Source: Flavobacteriales bacterium (GTDB taxonomy: Bacteria; Bacteroidota; Bacteroidia; M30B66). Taken from it: a stretch of 64,000 nt of DNA. The stretch covers positions 818,703 to 882,702 of the forward strand of contig JBBAKX010000001.1 of NCBI GenBank assembly GCA_040403315.1. The letters are read 5' to 3'. The notes beneath the pieces were generated by a model. It was not told the origin of the DNA, made no database searches, and worked only from the letters and a program-made list of their open reading frames with translations. Positions within the stretch are counted from its first letter, which is position 1. Each line of letters starts with the position of its first letter. Shown piece by piece: positions 9,188 through 18,839 of this stretch. The position numbers and the translations under genes were made by a program.

Positions 9188-10333
9188 ATGGCAAAAAGAG
9201 ATTATTATGAAGTTCTCGGTGTTTCTAAGAACGCTGATGAGCAAGAATTGAAAAAGGCTTACCGCAAGATGGCGGTGAAGTATCATCCAGATAAAAATCC
9301 AGGTGATAAGGCCGCAGAAGATAGCTTCAAAGAAGCAGCTGAAGCCTATGAAGTACTTAGCAATGCTGACAAACGAGCACGATATGATCGTTTTGGGCAC
9401 CAGGGTAGTGGTGGAGCATCTTCCGGAGGCGGTGGATATGGCGGTGGAATGAACATGGAGGATATCTTCAGTCAATTCGGCGACATCTTTGGTCAAGGAG
9501 GTTTCGGCGGATTTGGACAACAGAGCCAAGGCCGCAGAGTGAACCGCGGAAGCAATCTCCGGATCAAAGTGAAACTCACACTTGAAGAAATCGCAACTGG
9601 AGTTGAAAAGAAAATCAAGGTAAACAAATTCGTTGGCTGCAGAACCTGCTCTGGAACGGGCGCCGATAAAGGCTCTTCGTTTTCTACATGCTCTACGTGC
9701 AATGGTGCTGGACGCGTTCATCGAATCACGAATACAATTTTAGGACAGATGCAAACTGCTGCAACTTGTCCTGCTTGCGATGGCGAAGGAAAAATCATAG
9801 CCAGTAAGTGTAAAGCTTGCAGTGGCGACGGAATTACCCGCGAAGAAGATCTCATTTCATTGCAAATCCCTGCAGGAGTTGGAGAAGGCATGCAACTTAA
9901 TGTTGCAGGTAAAGGAAATGCAGCTCCTCGAAGTGGCATACCTGGCGATTTATTGGTAAGTATTGAAGAGGTTGAACATGCAGACCTAAAACGTGACGGT
10001 AACAATCTTTACTACAACTGTTACATCAATTTTGCAGATGCTGCCATCGGTACATCAATCGAGATTCCAACACTGGAAGGAAAAGCGAAGTTTAAAATTG
10101 ATCCAGGTACGCAATCGGGAAAGGTTTACCGTTTACGTGGCAAAGGTTTGCCTGAAGTAAATAGTTACCAAAGAGGAGATTTGATGGTTGATGTAAATGT
10201 TTGGACGCCTCAAACCCTTACCACAGAAGAGAAAACCATCTTAGAAAAATTGCGTGAATCGGACAATTTCCAACCTCAACCCGGGAAAAAGGAAAAGTCA
10301 TTCTTTGACCGCGTAAAAGAATACTTTCACTAA
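9188..10333 (+). CDS. dnaJ: Molecular chaperone DnaJ (type I: J domain, G/F region, four CxxCxGxG zinc-finger repeats)
   Basis: [12 protein letters not shown]...YHPDKNP, a Gly-rich linker, and [32 protein letters not shown]. Start taken at ATG 9188 rather than the track start at 9152. Confidence 0.95.
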   Translation: MAKRDYYEVLGVSKNADEQELKKAYRKMAVKYHPDKNPGDKAAEDSFKEAAEAYEVLSNADKRARYDRFGHQGSGGASSGGGGYGGGMNMEDIFSQFGDIFGQGGFGGFGQQSQGRRVNRGSNLRIKVKLTLEEIATGVEKKIKVNKFVGCRTCSGTGADKGSSFSTCSTCNGAGRVHRITNTILGQMQTAATCPACDGEGKIIASKCKACSGDGITREEDLISLQIPAGVGEGMQLNVAGKGNAAPRSGIPGDLLVSIEEVEHADLKRDGNNLYYNCYINFADAAIGTSIEIPTLEGKAKFKIDPGTQSGKVYRLRGKGLPEVNSYQRGDLMVDVNVWTPQTLTTEEKTILEKLRESDNFQPQPGKKEKSFFDRVKEYFH

Positions 10334-10352
10334 GACTAATCCTATATTTGAA

Positions 10353-10400
10353 GCCTGTCTGGAGCCTGTTGGCAGATTTCCCGACAGGCCTTTCTATTTC
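10353..10400 (+). terminator. Possible terminator or leader hairpin between dnaJ and the ABC transporter genes
   Basis: The 7-bp stem GCCTGTC (10353-10359) pairs with GACAGGC (10383-10389) across a 23-nt loop. The trailing T-run is weak (ctttctattt). Confidence 0.3.
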
Positions 10401-10426
10401 TGAACTATTCAACGCAAATTTACGCT

Positions 10427-11353
10427 ATGAGCGTTCCTATTTTTGAAGCCCGGGACATCAGAAAAGTCTACGGCAATTATGTTGCTCTCAACAACGTTAG
10501 AATAAAAGTTGAGAAAGGGAGCATCTTTGGGCTTCTGGGTCCCAATGGTGCAGGTAAAACCTCACTTATTCGGATCATAAATCAGATCACTGCTCCAGAT
10601 CAAGGCGAAGTCTTTTTTAATGGAGAGCCACTCAAGCCCGAACATGTTAGCCGAATAGGTTACCTTCCAGAAGAACGAGGACTTTACCGTAAAATGCAAG
10701 TAGGTGAGCAATGTATGTATTTAGCTCAACTGAAAGGACTTGACAATAAAACTGCAAAGCTGAAACTTCGAAATTGGTTCGAAAAATTCGAAATTCAAGG
10801 TTGGTGGAACAAAAAAGTTGAGGAGCTATCAAAAGGGATGGCGCAGAAAGTACAGTTTATTGTTACTGTTCTGCATGAACCTGAATTGCTCATTTTTGAT
10901 GAACCTTTCACAGGTTTCGACCCCGTAAATGCTAATCTCATTCGCGATGAAATTCTCGAATTAAGTAGAAATGGTTCTACGATCATCTTTTCAACCCACC
11001 GAATGGAAACCGTTGAAGAACTTTGCGATAGCATAGCCTTGATTAATAAAAGCCAGAAAATTCTCGACGGCAAAGTCGCAGATATAAAACGACAATTCCG
11101 CACGAATACTTATAAAATGGAATTCAACGGAAATATGTTGGCATTCACCAATGCACTTTGGGCTGGAGCAGAATTGTTAGAACGAAAGCAAATCGATAAC
11201 CATTGCACAGTAACACTCCGACTTGCTGGAAACAACACGGTGAACAATCTGTTTGCAGCTATAATGCCTATCTGCGAAATCATTTCCTTTAATGAAGTGA
11301 TTCCATCCATGAGCGACATTTTTATTAGAACAGTTCAACCAGACATTCAATAA
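10427..11353 (+). CDS. ABC transporter ATP-binding protein (ABC-2/NatA-like)
   Basis: Walker A GPNGAGKT, signature LSKGMAQK, Walker B LLIFDEP. The permease gene follows 2 nt downstream. Confidence 0.9.
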   Translation: MSVPIFEARDIRKVYGNYVALNNVRIKVEKGSIFGLLGPNGAGKTSLIRIINQITAPDQGEVFFNGEPLKPEHVSRIGYLPEERGLYRKMQVGEQCMYLAQLKGLDNKTAKLKLRNWFEKFEIQGWWNKKVEELSKGMAQKVQFIVTVLHEPELLIFDEPFTGFDPVNANLIRDEILELSRNGSTIIFSTHRMETVEELCDSIALINKSQKILDGKVADIKRQFRTNTYKMEFNGNMLAFTNALWAGAELLERKQIDNHCTVTLRLAGNNTVNNLFAAIMPICEIISFNEVIPSMSDIFIRTVQPDIQ

Positions 11354-11355
11354 CC

Positions 11356-12678
11356 ATGGGCAAAGTAGGACTTATTATTAGAAGAGAATACCTCACCCGT
11401 GTAAGGAAAAAATCATTCCTTTTGATGACCATTCTTGGTCCATTGATCATGGGTGCGATCATGGTTGTTCCAGTTTGGATGGCTTCTGTAAATGTTTCAG
11501 TAAAAAAAGTACTTGTGCTCGATGAAGCTGGATTTATTGAAGGCTTGCTTCAAGAAAACGACGATGTAAAGTTCTTTTACACCCGAACACCATTGAAAAA
11601 ATCTTTGGCAACACTCGACGCCGATGGATACTTTGCGCTGGTTCATGTTCCAAGGTTTCAAGAGAATGATATCAACCATCTACAGCGTCAAATCAAATTG
11701 TATTCAGCCAAACAAGTTTCTCTGAGTATGAAACTTTTTGTGCGGAATCAAATTGAAAAGCAAATTGAAAGACTGAAGCTTCAATCTCAAGGTGTTGATC
11801 AGGATTTGGTCGATAATGTGAAGAAGACTGTAAATGTTCCATTGGAAATTATTCCACTTGAAGGTGAAAAAGGTTCAGGTGTTGAAATGAATACCGCTCT
11901 CGGAATGATTGGAGGCGTGCTAATTTATCTATTCATTTTCCTTTTCGGAGCCCAAGTAATGCGCGGGGTAATTGAAGAAAAAACCAACAGAATTGTTGAA
12001 GTAATTATTTCATCGGTAAAGCCTTTTCAGTTGATGATGGGAAAAATTCTCGGAATCGCTTTGGTGGGTCTTACACAATTCCTTCTTTGGGTGATACTTA
12101 CAGGCACTATTTACACTGTTTTCATGGGAACCGTTGTAAAAGAGAAACTCAGTGCCGACAAGATGGAAGCGCTCATGAAGCAGAGTCCCGATGGAACTGC
12201 AGTTGCCGACTATGACGAATTGAAGCAAACACAGCAAATGGTAAACGAAGTGAGTCGAATCAACTGGGGACTAATGATTCCATGTTTCATCTTTTACTTC
12301 CTCGGTGGCTATTTACTTTATGGTGCAATGTTCGCTGCGATTGGCGGTGCTGTAGACAGTGAAGCCGATACCCAACAGTTTATGCTGCCCGTTTCAGCAC
12401 CATTAATTTTTTCCTTTGTGATGGCGCAAACAGTTCTCAACGATCCCAATGGAAGCCTTGCCGTTTGGCTGTCGATCATTCCTTTCACATCGCCAATAAT
12501 CATGATGGTGCGACTGCCTTTTGGTGTTCATTATTCTGAAGTGCTTTTGTCGATGGGCATGTTAATTCTTGGATTTATTTTCACCACGTGGGCAGCCGCA
12601 AAGATTTATCGAACCGGAATCCTGATGTATGGAAAACGGCCAACTTGGAGAGAAATGCTCCGTTGGCTGCGTTACTAA
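11356..12678 (+). CDS. ABC-2 family transporter permease (NatB-like)
   Basis: 440-aa ORF with one N-terminal TM helix, a large extracytoplasmic loop, and a C-terminal cluster of TM helices. It is adjacent to the ATPase gene. Confidence 0.8.
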   Translation: MGKVGLIIRREYLTRVRKKSFLLMTILGPLIMGAIMVVPVWMASVNVSVKKVLVLDEAGFIEGLLQENDDVKFFYTRTPLKKSLATLDADGYFALVHVPRFQENDINHLQRQIKLYSAKQVSLSMKLFVRNQIEKQIERLKLQSQGVDQDLVDNVKKTVNVPLEIIPLEGEKGSGVEMNTALGMIGGVLIYLFIFLFGAQVMRGVIEEKTNRIVEVIISSVKPFQLMMGKILGIALVGLTQFLLWVILTGTIYTVFMGTVVKEKLSADKMEALMKQSPDGTAVADYDELKQTQQMVNEVSRINWGLMIPCFIFYFLGGYLLYGAMFAAIGGAVDSEADTQQFMLPVSAPLIFSFVMAQTVLNDPNGSLAVWLSIIPFTSPIIMMVRLPFGVHYSEVLLSMGMLILGFIFTTWAAAKIYRTGILMYGKRPTWREMLRWLRY

Positions 12679-12680
12679 AT

Positions 12681-12688
12681 TATATTTG
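12681..12688 (+). promoter_or_regulatory. Putative -7 box (TATATTTG) for pheT
   Basis: Exact TAnnTTTG match 25 nt upstream of the pheT ATG, just after the permease stop codon. Confidence 0.35.
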
Positions 12689-12713
12689 AATACAATTTTT
12701 TACCCGATTTCAC

Positions 12714-15137
12714 ATGAAAATTTCTGCCAATTGGCTTCGTCAATATTTAACACATTCACCATCTCCTGAGGAAATTTCACCACTACTTACCGATTGTGGT
12801 TTAGAAGTGGAAAGCCTTGAAGAATTTGAAAGTCTTAAAGGTGGTTTGAAAGGCATCGTTGTAGGAGAAGTGAAAGACTGTCAACAGCACCCAAACGCCG
12901 ATAGATTATCTCTCACCAAAGTAGATATTGGCTCAGGAGATCTGCTATCAATTGTTTGTGGAGCGCCTAACGTTGCTGCAGGGCAAAAAGTCCTGGTTGC
13001 AACGATAGGAGCCACATTATTCCCAACATCAGGTGAGTCTTTTCAAATCAAGGAAAGTAAAATCCGAGGTGAATTGTCGCAAGGGATGCTTTGTGCAGAA
13101 GATGAAATCGGAACCGGCAAAAGCCACGATGGGATTTTGGTATTGCCTTCTGACACTAAAATAGGAACACCTGCTGCAGAAATTTTCAATGTTTCATCTG
13201 ACCAAGTATTTGAAATTGGCCTCACTCCAAATAGAATTGATGCTGCTTCTCATTTTGGTGTAGCCCGCGATTTATCTGCGGTGCTTTATGAGAAAGGCGA
13301 TTTGGAATTGCTAAAGCCAAAAGTGAAATCGAGCTTTTCAAACGAAGGACATGATGTCGAAGTTTCGGTTGAGACTTCTGATGCCGTGATCCGTTACTCG
13401 AGTATTCGCATTTCGAATGTGAAGGTATCTGAAAGTCCGGCTTGGCTTAAAAATGCATTGCTCAGCATTGGTTTACGCCCAATCAATAATTTAGTCGATA
13501 TAACAAACTATGTAATGCATGAAACCGGTCAGCCATTGCATGCTTTTGATGCGAGTAAAATTTCTGGGAATAAGATTCATGTAAAATCGTGTGCACCAGG
13601 AACTCTGTTTAAAGCGCTTGATGGATCTGACCATAAACTTACTGAGCAAGATCTGATGATTTGTGATGCCAAAGGTCCACTTTGCTTGGCTGGAATTTAT
13701 GGTGGATTAGAATCAGGTGTTACAGATTCAACAACCGAGATATTTCTTGAATGCGCAACTTTTCATCCTGTTTGGGTTCGGAAGTCCTCAAGGAATCACA
13801 ATTTAAAAACCGACTCATCTTTCCGCTTCGAACGTGGAACAGATCCTGAAGCAACAATTTACACCTTGCAACGGGCTGCTGATTTAATAGTTGAACTTGC
13901 TGGTGGACAATTGCACAATGGACTAACTGATCATTATCCTCAACAGGTTATCCCTGTTAGTCTTTTCTATCGCTGGTCCGATATGGATCGTTTGGTTGGT
14001 GAAGCGATCCCGCGAGAAGCGGCAAAGAAAATTCTTGAACGTTTACAGATTCATGTTTCCGCTGAAACTTCCGAAGGTGTTCAACTGGAAATTCCAACTT
14101 TTAAGGTAGGAGTTGAAGGTAGCGCTGATGTTACTGAGGAAATTCTTAGAATTTATGGTTATAACCGAATCGCTATTCCTGCACAGGTTCGAAATTCTGT
14201 AACGCCTGCTCCGAAGCCAGATCCAGTTCAACTTAGAAATAGGATTTCAGATCACCTTTGTGGAATTGGTTTCATGGAAGCGCTAAACAATTCGCTCAGC
14301 CCCGGTGAACTTGCTTTATTCACACCAGAAGGTCCTGAACAAGCGGTGAAGTTGGCGAATCCATTGAGTTCTGAGCTCGACATATTGCGTATGAGCATGA
14401 TTCCAGCTTTACTGGAAAATATAGCTTGGAATAAGAATCGACAACAGTCTGATATCCAGTTTTTTGAATGGGGCAAAGTATATTTTAAACAGCCTGAAGG
14501 TTTTGTTGAAAAGCAAAGACTCGCTCTTTTCTTCTACGGGAATGATAAGCCGCTGCATTGGCAAGGAAACTCAGACAAAACAGGCTATTATCATTTGAAA
14601 GGGGTTGTACAACACGTTTTGCAATTGTGTGGCTTGGAATTAAGTCAACTCACTGGATTATTGACAGAAGATCCAGCATACCAGCAGGTTTGGTCGATCA
14701 AAAAAGGCGAAAAGGAGTTGGTGAAAATGGGCAGTATTCATCCGGCGTTGTTAAAGCGTTTCGATGTAACTGGGCCGGTTTGGTTTGCAGAATTTAATTG
14801 GGAATTGATGCTTCGAAGTTATGGAGGCAGTAAAATTCAATACCGCGAAGTCTCAAAATTTCCTTCCGTGCGTCGCGATTTGGCCTTACTTATCGACCAA
14901 GCTGTTCAATACAGCCAAATTGAGAAAATCGCTTTTTCTATTGAAAAGAAATTGCTACGTGAAGTGAATCTTTTCGATGTGTATCAAGGAGATAAATTGC
15001 CAGTGGGTAAAAAATCCTACGCAGTTTCTTTTCTTTTCAGGGATGAAGAACAAACCCTCACAGATAAGCATATCGAAAAATCAATGGAGCGTTTGGTAAA
15101 AGCGCTCGTAGATCAATTGGGTGCCGAATTGAGATAA
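12714..15137 (+). CDS. pheT: Phenylalanine--tRNA ligase beta subunit
   Basis: 807-aa ORF MKISANWLRQYL..., with a tRNA-binding domain (...HPNADRLSLTKVDIG...) and B3/4, B5 and anticodon-binding-like regions. Confidence 0.95.
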   Translation: MKISANWLRQYLTHSPSPEEISPLLTDCGLEVESLEEFESLKGGLKGIVVGEVKDCQQHPNADRLSLTKVDIGSGDLLSIVCGAPNVAAGQKVLVATIGATLFPTSGESFQIKESKIRGELSQGMLCAEDEIGTGKSHDGILVLPSDTKIGTPAAEIFNVSSDQVFEIGLTPNRIDAASHFGVARDLSAVLYEKGDLELLKPKVKSSFSNEGHDVEVSVETSDAVIRYSSIRISNVKVSESPAWLKNALLSIGLRPINNLVDITNYVMHETGQPLHAFDASKISGNKIHVKSCAPGTLFKALDGSDHKLTEQDLMICDAKGPLCLAGIYGGLESGVTDSTTEIFLECATFHPVWVRKSSRNHNLKTDSSFRFERGTDPEATIYTLQRAADLIVELAGGQLHNGLTDHYPQQVIPVSLFYRWSDMDRLVGEAIPREAAKKILERLQIHVSAETSEGVQLEIPTFKVGVEGSADVTEEILRIYGYNRIAIPAQVRNSVTPAPKPDPVQLRNRISDHLCGIGFMEALNNSLSPGELALFTPEGPEQAVKLANPLSSELDILRMSMIPALLENIAWNKNRQQSDIQFFEWGKVYFKQPEGFVEKQRLALFFYGNDKPLHWQGNSDKTGYYHLKGVVQHVLQLCGLELSQLTGLLTEDPAYQQVWSIKKGEKELVKMGSIHPALLKRFDVTGPVWFAEFNWELMLRSYGGSKIQYREVSKFPSVRRDLALLIDQAVQYSQIEKIAFSIEKKLLREVNLFDVYQGDKLPVGKKSYAVSFLFRDEEQTLTDKHIEKSMERLVKALVDQLGAELR

Positions 15138-15141
15138 TCTT

Positions 15142-15164
15142 TGAAGGAAGAACTTATTCCTTCA
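15142..15164. terminator. Perfect 8-bp hairpin between convergent genes (possible bidirectional terminator, no U-tract)
   Basis: TGAAGGAA (15142-15149), loop gaactta, TTCCTTCA (15157-15164). The hairpin overlaps the stop codon and last codons of the minus-strand gene. Confidence 0.35.
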
Positions 15165-16443
15165 TCAACCGGAAAATTCTGGAACTTCCGTTTCCGTAAC
15201 AATACACTTGGTAAATCCCTGCTGGGAGATCAGAAAAATCGAGTTTTATCAATCGTCCAGTTTCGCTTTTCCGTTTCGCGAGCTTTCCATTCGGGCCGTA
15301 AACTTCGATTTTAAAGGTTGTTACATCCTCCGCTTGAATCATCACATCGCGGGTGGAAGGATTAGGAAAAATCCTCCAATCGATGTCTTTCACATGTTCA
15401 TCGATAGTTGTTGTTGCGATGTTGATTTGCTCTGTGAGCGTGTCAGATATTCCACATCCAGAAGCAATTAAGCTAACTGTGTAATTTCCAGGTGCGGTAT
15501 AAGTGTGTGTTGGATTCACCAAAGGAGAGGTATTCCCGTCTCCAAAGTTCCATAAATTCGATGAGGCATATAGACTTGTTTGATTAAAGTCTACACTCGC
15601 TTCATTGATACTATAATTAAAGCCAGCTTGTGGTTCCCATCTTCCAATATTCCAGGTTTCTAGACTATCGTTTACGGTTGACCATGCAACTTGCTGCAGA
15701 TAAGTTGCAATTTCAGGTTCAAGTCCAGCAAGATAGCTGAACCCAACAGGTGATTTTTTGTAAAGTGTAGCGTAGAAAACGCATGCAGTTAGATAGGTTC
15801 CTGAAGGACTAGGGTGGCTATTGTCGCTCACCCAAAGGTTAATTGTGCTGTCGGCAAACCAACTGTTTTTCCAGGCAATTCCAACCGGAGCAACGATACC
15901 TTGATTTTGGTCGGCCATAAGTTTGTATGAGCTTCGAAGTCGGTCGGTCATTCCTTCGAAAGTACAAATGGGTGGGTAGTTCGGACAGTTTGTTTGGTCG
16001 CCGTATTTTCTTCCCCAAGTCATGTAAAATACCGTTTCGGAGCAAGCATTGTTGGCTTTTACCATGCTGTCGAGGTCGGTTGCAAAAGGCAAAGTTTGGG
16101 TTTGAACTTGGCTTGGCGGGAAAGATGGTTCTTGGCTTTGCGCTTGTAAAATCACAAAATCCCAAGGTTGAGACTGAATTTTTTGTTGAGTTACTGCATT
16201 TGCTGCATGATTTTGCAAACTAGCACCACCTGGTGTATTTGAATCATATTGAACCGTATCGCCTCCAGAGATTGCTAAATTGTAGAAAACCAAAGGAAGA
16301 TTATTGGTGCCAACATAACTGTTGCCGATCCAAAGAACCTTTTTTTGCTGACTATTTGCCTGAAAACTAACAATTAGCAGAAGGAAAATCCAGTTAGCGC
16401 TGGAGCGTGCAAAAATCGCGAATGGTCTCAGCAGCAGCTTCAT
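15154..16443 (-). CDS. Secreted SGNH/GDSL-like hydrolase-fold protein with a PKD domain and a type-A T9SS C-terminal sorting domain
   Basis: Signal peptide. The stretch VLWIGNSYVGTNNLP...ILQAQSQEPS resembles SGNH/DUF4886. PKD motif WNFGDGNTS...HTYTAPGNYTVSL. C-terminal domain RIFPNPSTRDVMIQ...AGIYQV. Possible ATG starts are 16473, 16449 and 16443, and all overlap the upstream TPR gene. Confidence 0.72.
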   Translation of the reverse strand: MKLLLRPFAIFARSSANWIFLLLIVSFQANSQQKKVLWIGNSYVGTNNLPLVFYNLAISGGDTVQYDSNTPGGASLQNHAANAVTQQKIQSQPWDFVILQAQSQEPSFPPSQVQTQTLPFATDLDSMVKANNACSETVFYMTWGRKYGDQTNCPNYPPICTFEGMTDRLRSSYKLMADQNQGIVAPVGIAWKNSWFADSTINLWVSDNSHPSPSGTYLTACVFYATLYKKSPVGFSYLAGLEPEIATYLQQVAWSTVNDSLETWNIGRWEPQAGFNYSINEASVDFNQTSLYASSNLWNFGDGNTSPLVNPTHTYTAPGNYTVSLIASGCGISDTLTEQINIATTTIDEHVKDIDWRIFPNPSTRDVMIQAEDVTTFKIEVYGPNGKLAKRKSETGRLIKLDFSDLPAGIYQVYCYGNGSSRIFRLMKE

Positions 16444-17635
16444 ATCCATATTGTTCACTGAGTTTAAAATCATCGCAGGCAGTATCTTTTTTCAAAAGCA
16501 TCAGCTTTGCAATTCCTCGGTTAAAATAAGCAATTCCATAATTCTCTCGAAGTCTAATTGATTGATCGTAGTCTTGAATTGCTAATGTATAATCACCGAA
16601 AAGCATTCTAACATTGCCTCGGTTGTTAAAAGCTTGAGCATCAGTCGGATTTAAGCGAATCGATTCGTTATAGTCGTTCATGGCGCCTTGGTAATCTCCT
16701 AGTGTTTTTTTAACAGTGCCTCTGTAGAATAGCGCCATTGTATAGTCTTTGTCTAGGGCGAGAGCGTTGTTGTAGTCCTTTAACGACTCTTCGGTTTCAC
16801 CAAGTCTTTTTCTAATGAGTGCCCTACTGAAATAGGTAGATTTTAAGTTTTGATCCAATGATATTGCTTTAGTGAAATCTTTATCGGCTTGAACATTTTC
16901 GCCTTTAAACTTATAGGCAACTCCTCTGTTATGCCATGCTAAAGCAAATTGTGGGTTGATGTTGATGACTTTGGTAAAGGACTGAATCGCGTCATCGTAT
17001 TTTTTCAATTCGAGATGCCTCAATCCTTGAGCTTCATATGCCAAAGAGTTTTTTGGATTTAGACGAATTGCCATGTCGATATCACTGCCAGCCTTGTCGA
17101 ATTCATCTAAATTGAGGTAGGCGATAGCACGAAATATATAGGATAAAGTATCGCGCGGGTTTTGTGCAATGATGTTGTTAAATGTATTTACCGCTCCTGC
17201 GTAGTCTTCCGCTGCCAGTTGAGCATGGGCTTGTTGGCATTGAATGCTTGGTTGCGAAATAGGCGCTAGTTCTATGGCCTTGGTAAAATCCGAAACGGCA
17301 CCAGGATAATCCTCAACAAGCATTCTTATTTTGGCTCGTTCGTCATAGATCTTAAGAATGCCAGGATTTAGTCTTAGAGCTTCGTTTTGATCCTTGATAG
17401 CTTCGTTAAGTCGCCCCAATTTGGTATAAACAACGCTCCGTTTGTAGAATGCTTCAGCATAACCTGGATCGGCAGCAATAGCATTTGTGTAATCAAGTGC
17501 AGCGCCTTGCCAATCGTTTACTTTCATTCGGTTTTCACCAGACGTGAAAGCTTCTAATCCTGATCGAAGGTTGCCAATTTGTGCAAAAATGCTGGTGCTT
17601 AAGGTAAGCAGAACGAATAGGCATAACTTCATCAT
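16394..17635 (-). CDS. Exported tetratricopeptide-repeat (TPR) protein
   Basis: Signal peptide MMKLCLFVLLTLSTSIFAQ followed by about 10 TPR-like units (A..Y..AI.L.P....A...RG motifs). Confidence 0.85.
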   Translation of the reverse strand: MMKLCLFVLLTLSTSIFAQIGNLRSGLEAFTSGENRMKVNDWQGAALDYTNAIAADPGYAEAFYKRSVVYTKLGRLNEAIKDQNEALRLNPGILKIYDERAKIRMLVEDYPGAVSDFTKAIELAPISQPSIQCQQAHAQLAAEDYAGAVNTFNNIIAQNPRDTLSYIFRAIAYLNLDEFDKAGSDIDMAIRLNPKNSLAYEAQGLRHLELKKYDDAIQSFTKVININPQFALAWHNRGVAYKFKGENVQADKDFTKAISLDQNLKSTYFSRALIRKRLGETEESLKDYNNALALDKDYTMALFYRGTVKKTLGDYQGAMNDYNESIRLNPTDAQAFNNRGNVRMLFGDYTLAIQDYDQSIRLRENYGIAYFNRGIAKLMLLKKDTACDDFKLSEQYGYEAAAETIRDFCTLQR

Positions 17636-17646
17636 AAGATGTATTT

Positions 17647-18816
17647 TCAGGTTTGTTTGGTGTGCCTTGCGAAACTGATCACATCTTCTTTGCTAATTTC
17701 TTTCTCTCCAAGAATGATCAACCTTTCAACAACGTTTCTGAATTCTCGAATATTGCCAGTCCATTGAATATCCATCAACTCCTTCACTGCATCGGCTTGA
17801 ATCGATTTTATTGGAATGCCGTAATCGCTGCAAATGGTTTGAAGGAAATGCTTCGTCAACAGGGGTACATCCTCGATTCGTTCGTTCAAGGTTGGCACTT
17901 CGATAATGATAACACTGAGACGGTGGTAGAGATCTTCTCGAAAGTTGCCTCTTGCGATTTCGTCTTTTAAATTTTTATTGGTTGCCGCAATTATGCGCAC
18001 ATCAACCGAAATTTCTTTTTCGCCTCCAACGCGCGTGATTTTATTTTCTTGAAGTGCGCGGAGAACTTTGGCTTGGGCAGATAAGCTCATATCGCCGATT
18101 TCGTCAAGAAAAAGAGTACCACCATGCGCCAGTTCAAATTGACCTTTTCGCTGCTTTATTGCAGATGTGAAGGCTCCTTTTTCATGTCCGAACAATTCAC
18201 TTTCAATGAGTTCGGATGGGATAGCCGCACAATTTACTTCAATTAATGCTGCAGTGTTTCGGTTGCTTTTTTCGTGGATATAGCGCGCTACCAATTCCTT
18301 TCCGGTTCCGTTTTGACCTGTAACCAGCACGCGTGCATCGGTTGGCGCAACCCTTTCGATCATGTCTTTTACCTTACGAATGGCTAATGAATCGCCAATC
18401 ATTTCAGCATTTTTGGTTACTTTTTTTCGGAGTGTTTTTGTTTCCTCGATCAAGGTTGATTTGTCCAATGCATTTCGCAAGGTGATCATCAATCGGTTGA
18501 GATCGAGTGGTTTGGCAATAAAATCGTATGCGCCTTTTTTGATGCATTCAACCGCGGTTTCGATTGTGCCGTGACCTGAGATCATAATAACCTGACAGTC
18601 GAGGCCAGCTGATAGTGTTTTTTCGAGCAGTTCGGTTCCATCCATTCGAGGCATTTTGATATCGCTTAACAGGATATCATAACCGCCTTTTTGAATTTTC
18701 TCCCAGCCCTCAGCACCATCTATTGCTTCGTCAACCTGATGGTTTTCGTATTCTAGAATTTCTTTTAGGGTGCTTCGGATGGCCCGTTCATCGTCAACTA
18801 TAAGAATTTTTGCCAT
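17647..18816 (-). CDS. Sigma-54-dependent response regulator (receiver + AAA+ activator domains) lacking a C-terminal HTH DNA-binding domain
   Basis: Receiver domain (LIVDDE...LLSDIKMP). Walker A GQNGTGKE, sigma-54 contact loop GHEKGAFTSA, Walker B LFLDEIGDM, and GNIREFRNVVERL (sensor II). The ORF ends about 22 aa after that, so there is no room for a Fis-type HTH. Confidence 0.88.
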   Translation of the reverse strand: MAKILIVDDERAIRSTLKEILEYENHQVDEAIDGAEGWEKIQKGGYDILLSDIKMPRMDGTELLEKTLSAGLDCQVIMISGHGTIETAVECIKKGAYDFIAKPLDLNRLMITLRNALDKSTLIEETKTLRKKVTKNAEMIGDSLAIRKVKDMIERVAPTDARVLVTGQNGTGKELVARYIHEKSNRNTAALIEVNCAAIPSELIESELFGHEKGAFTSAIKQRKGQFELAHGGTLFLDEIGDMSLSAQAKVLRALQENKITRVGGEKEISVDVRIIAATNKNLKDEIARGNFREDLYHRLSVIIIEVPTLNERIEDVPLLTKHFLQTICSDYGIPIKSIQADAVKELMDIQWTGNIREFRNVVERLIILGEKEISKEDVISFARHTKQT

Positions 18817-18839
18817 GCCGTAAATTTAAATCAATGCGC

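Noticed and set aside
9155-9721. 188-aa ORF antisense to the 5' part of dnaJ.
   Set aside because: It lies opposite the J domain and the Gly-rich linker of an unambiguous dnaJ. GGN-rich sequence on one strand commonly leaves the opposite strand open.
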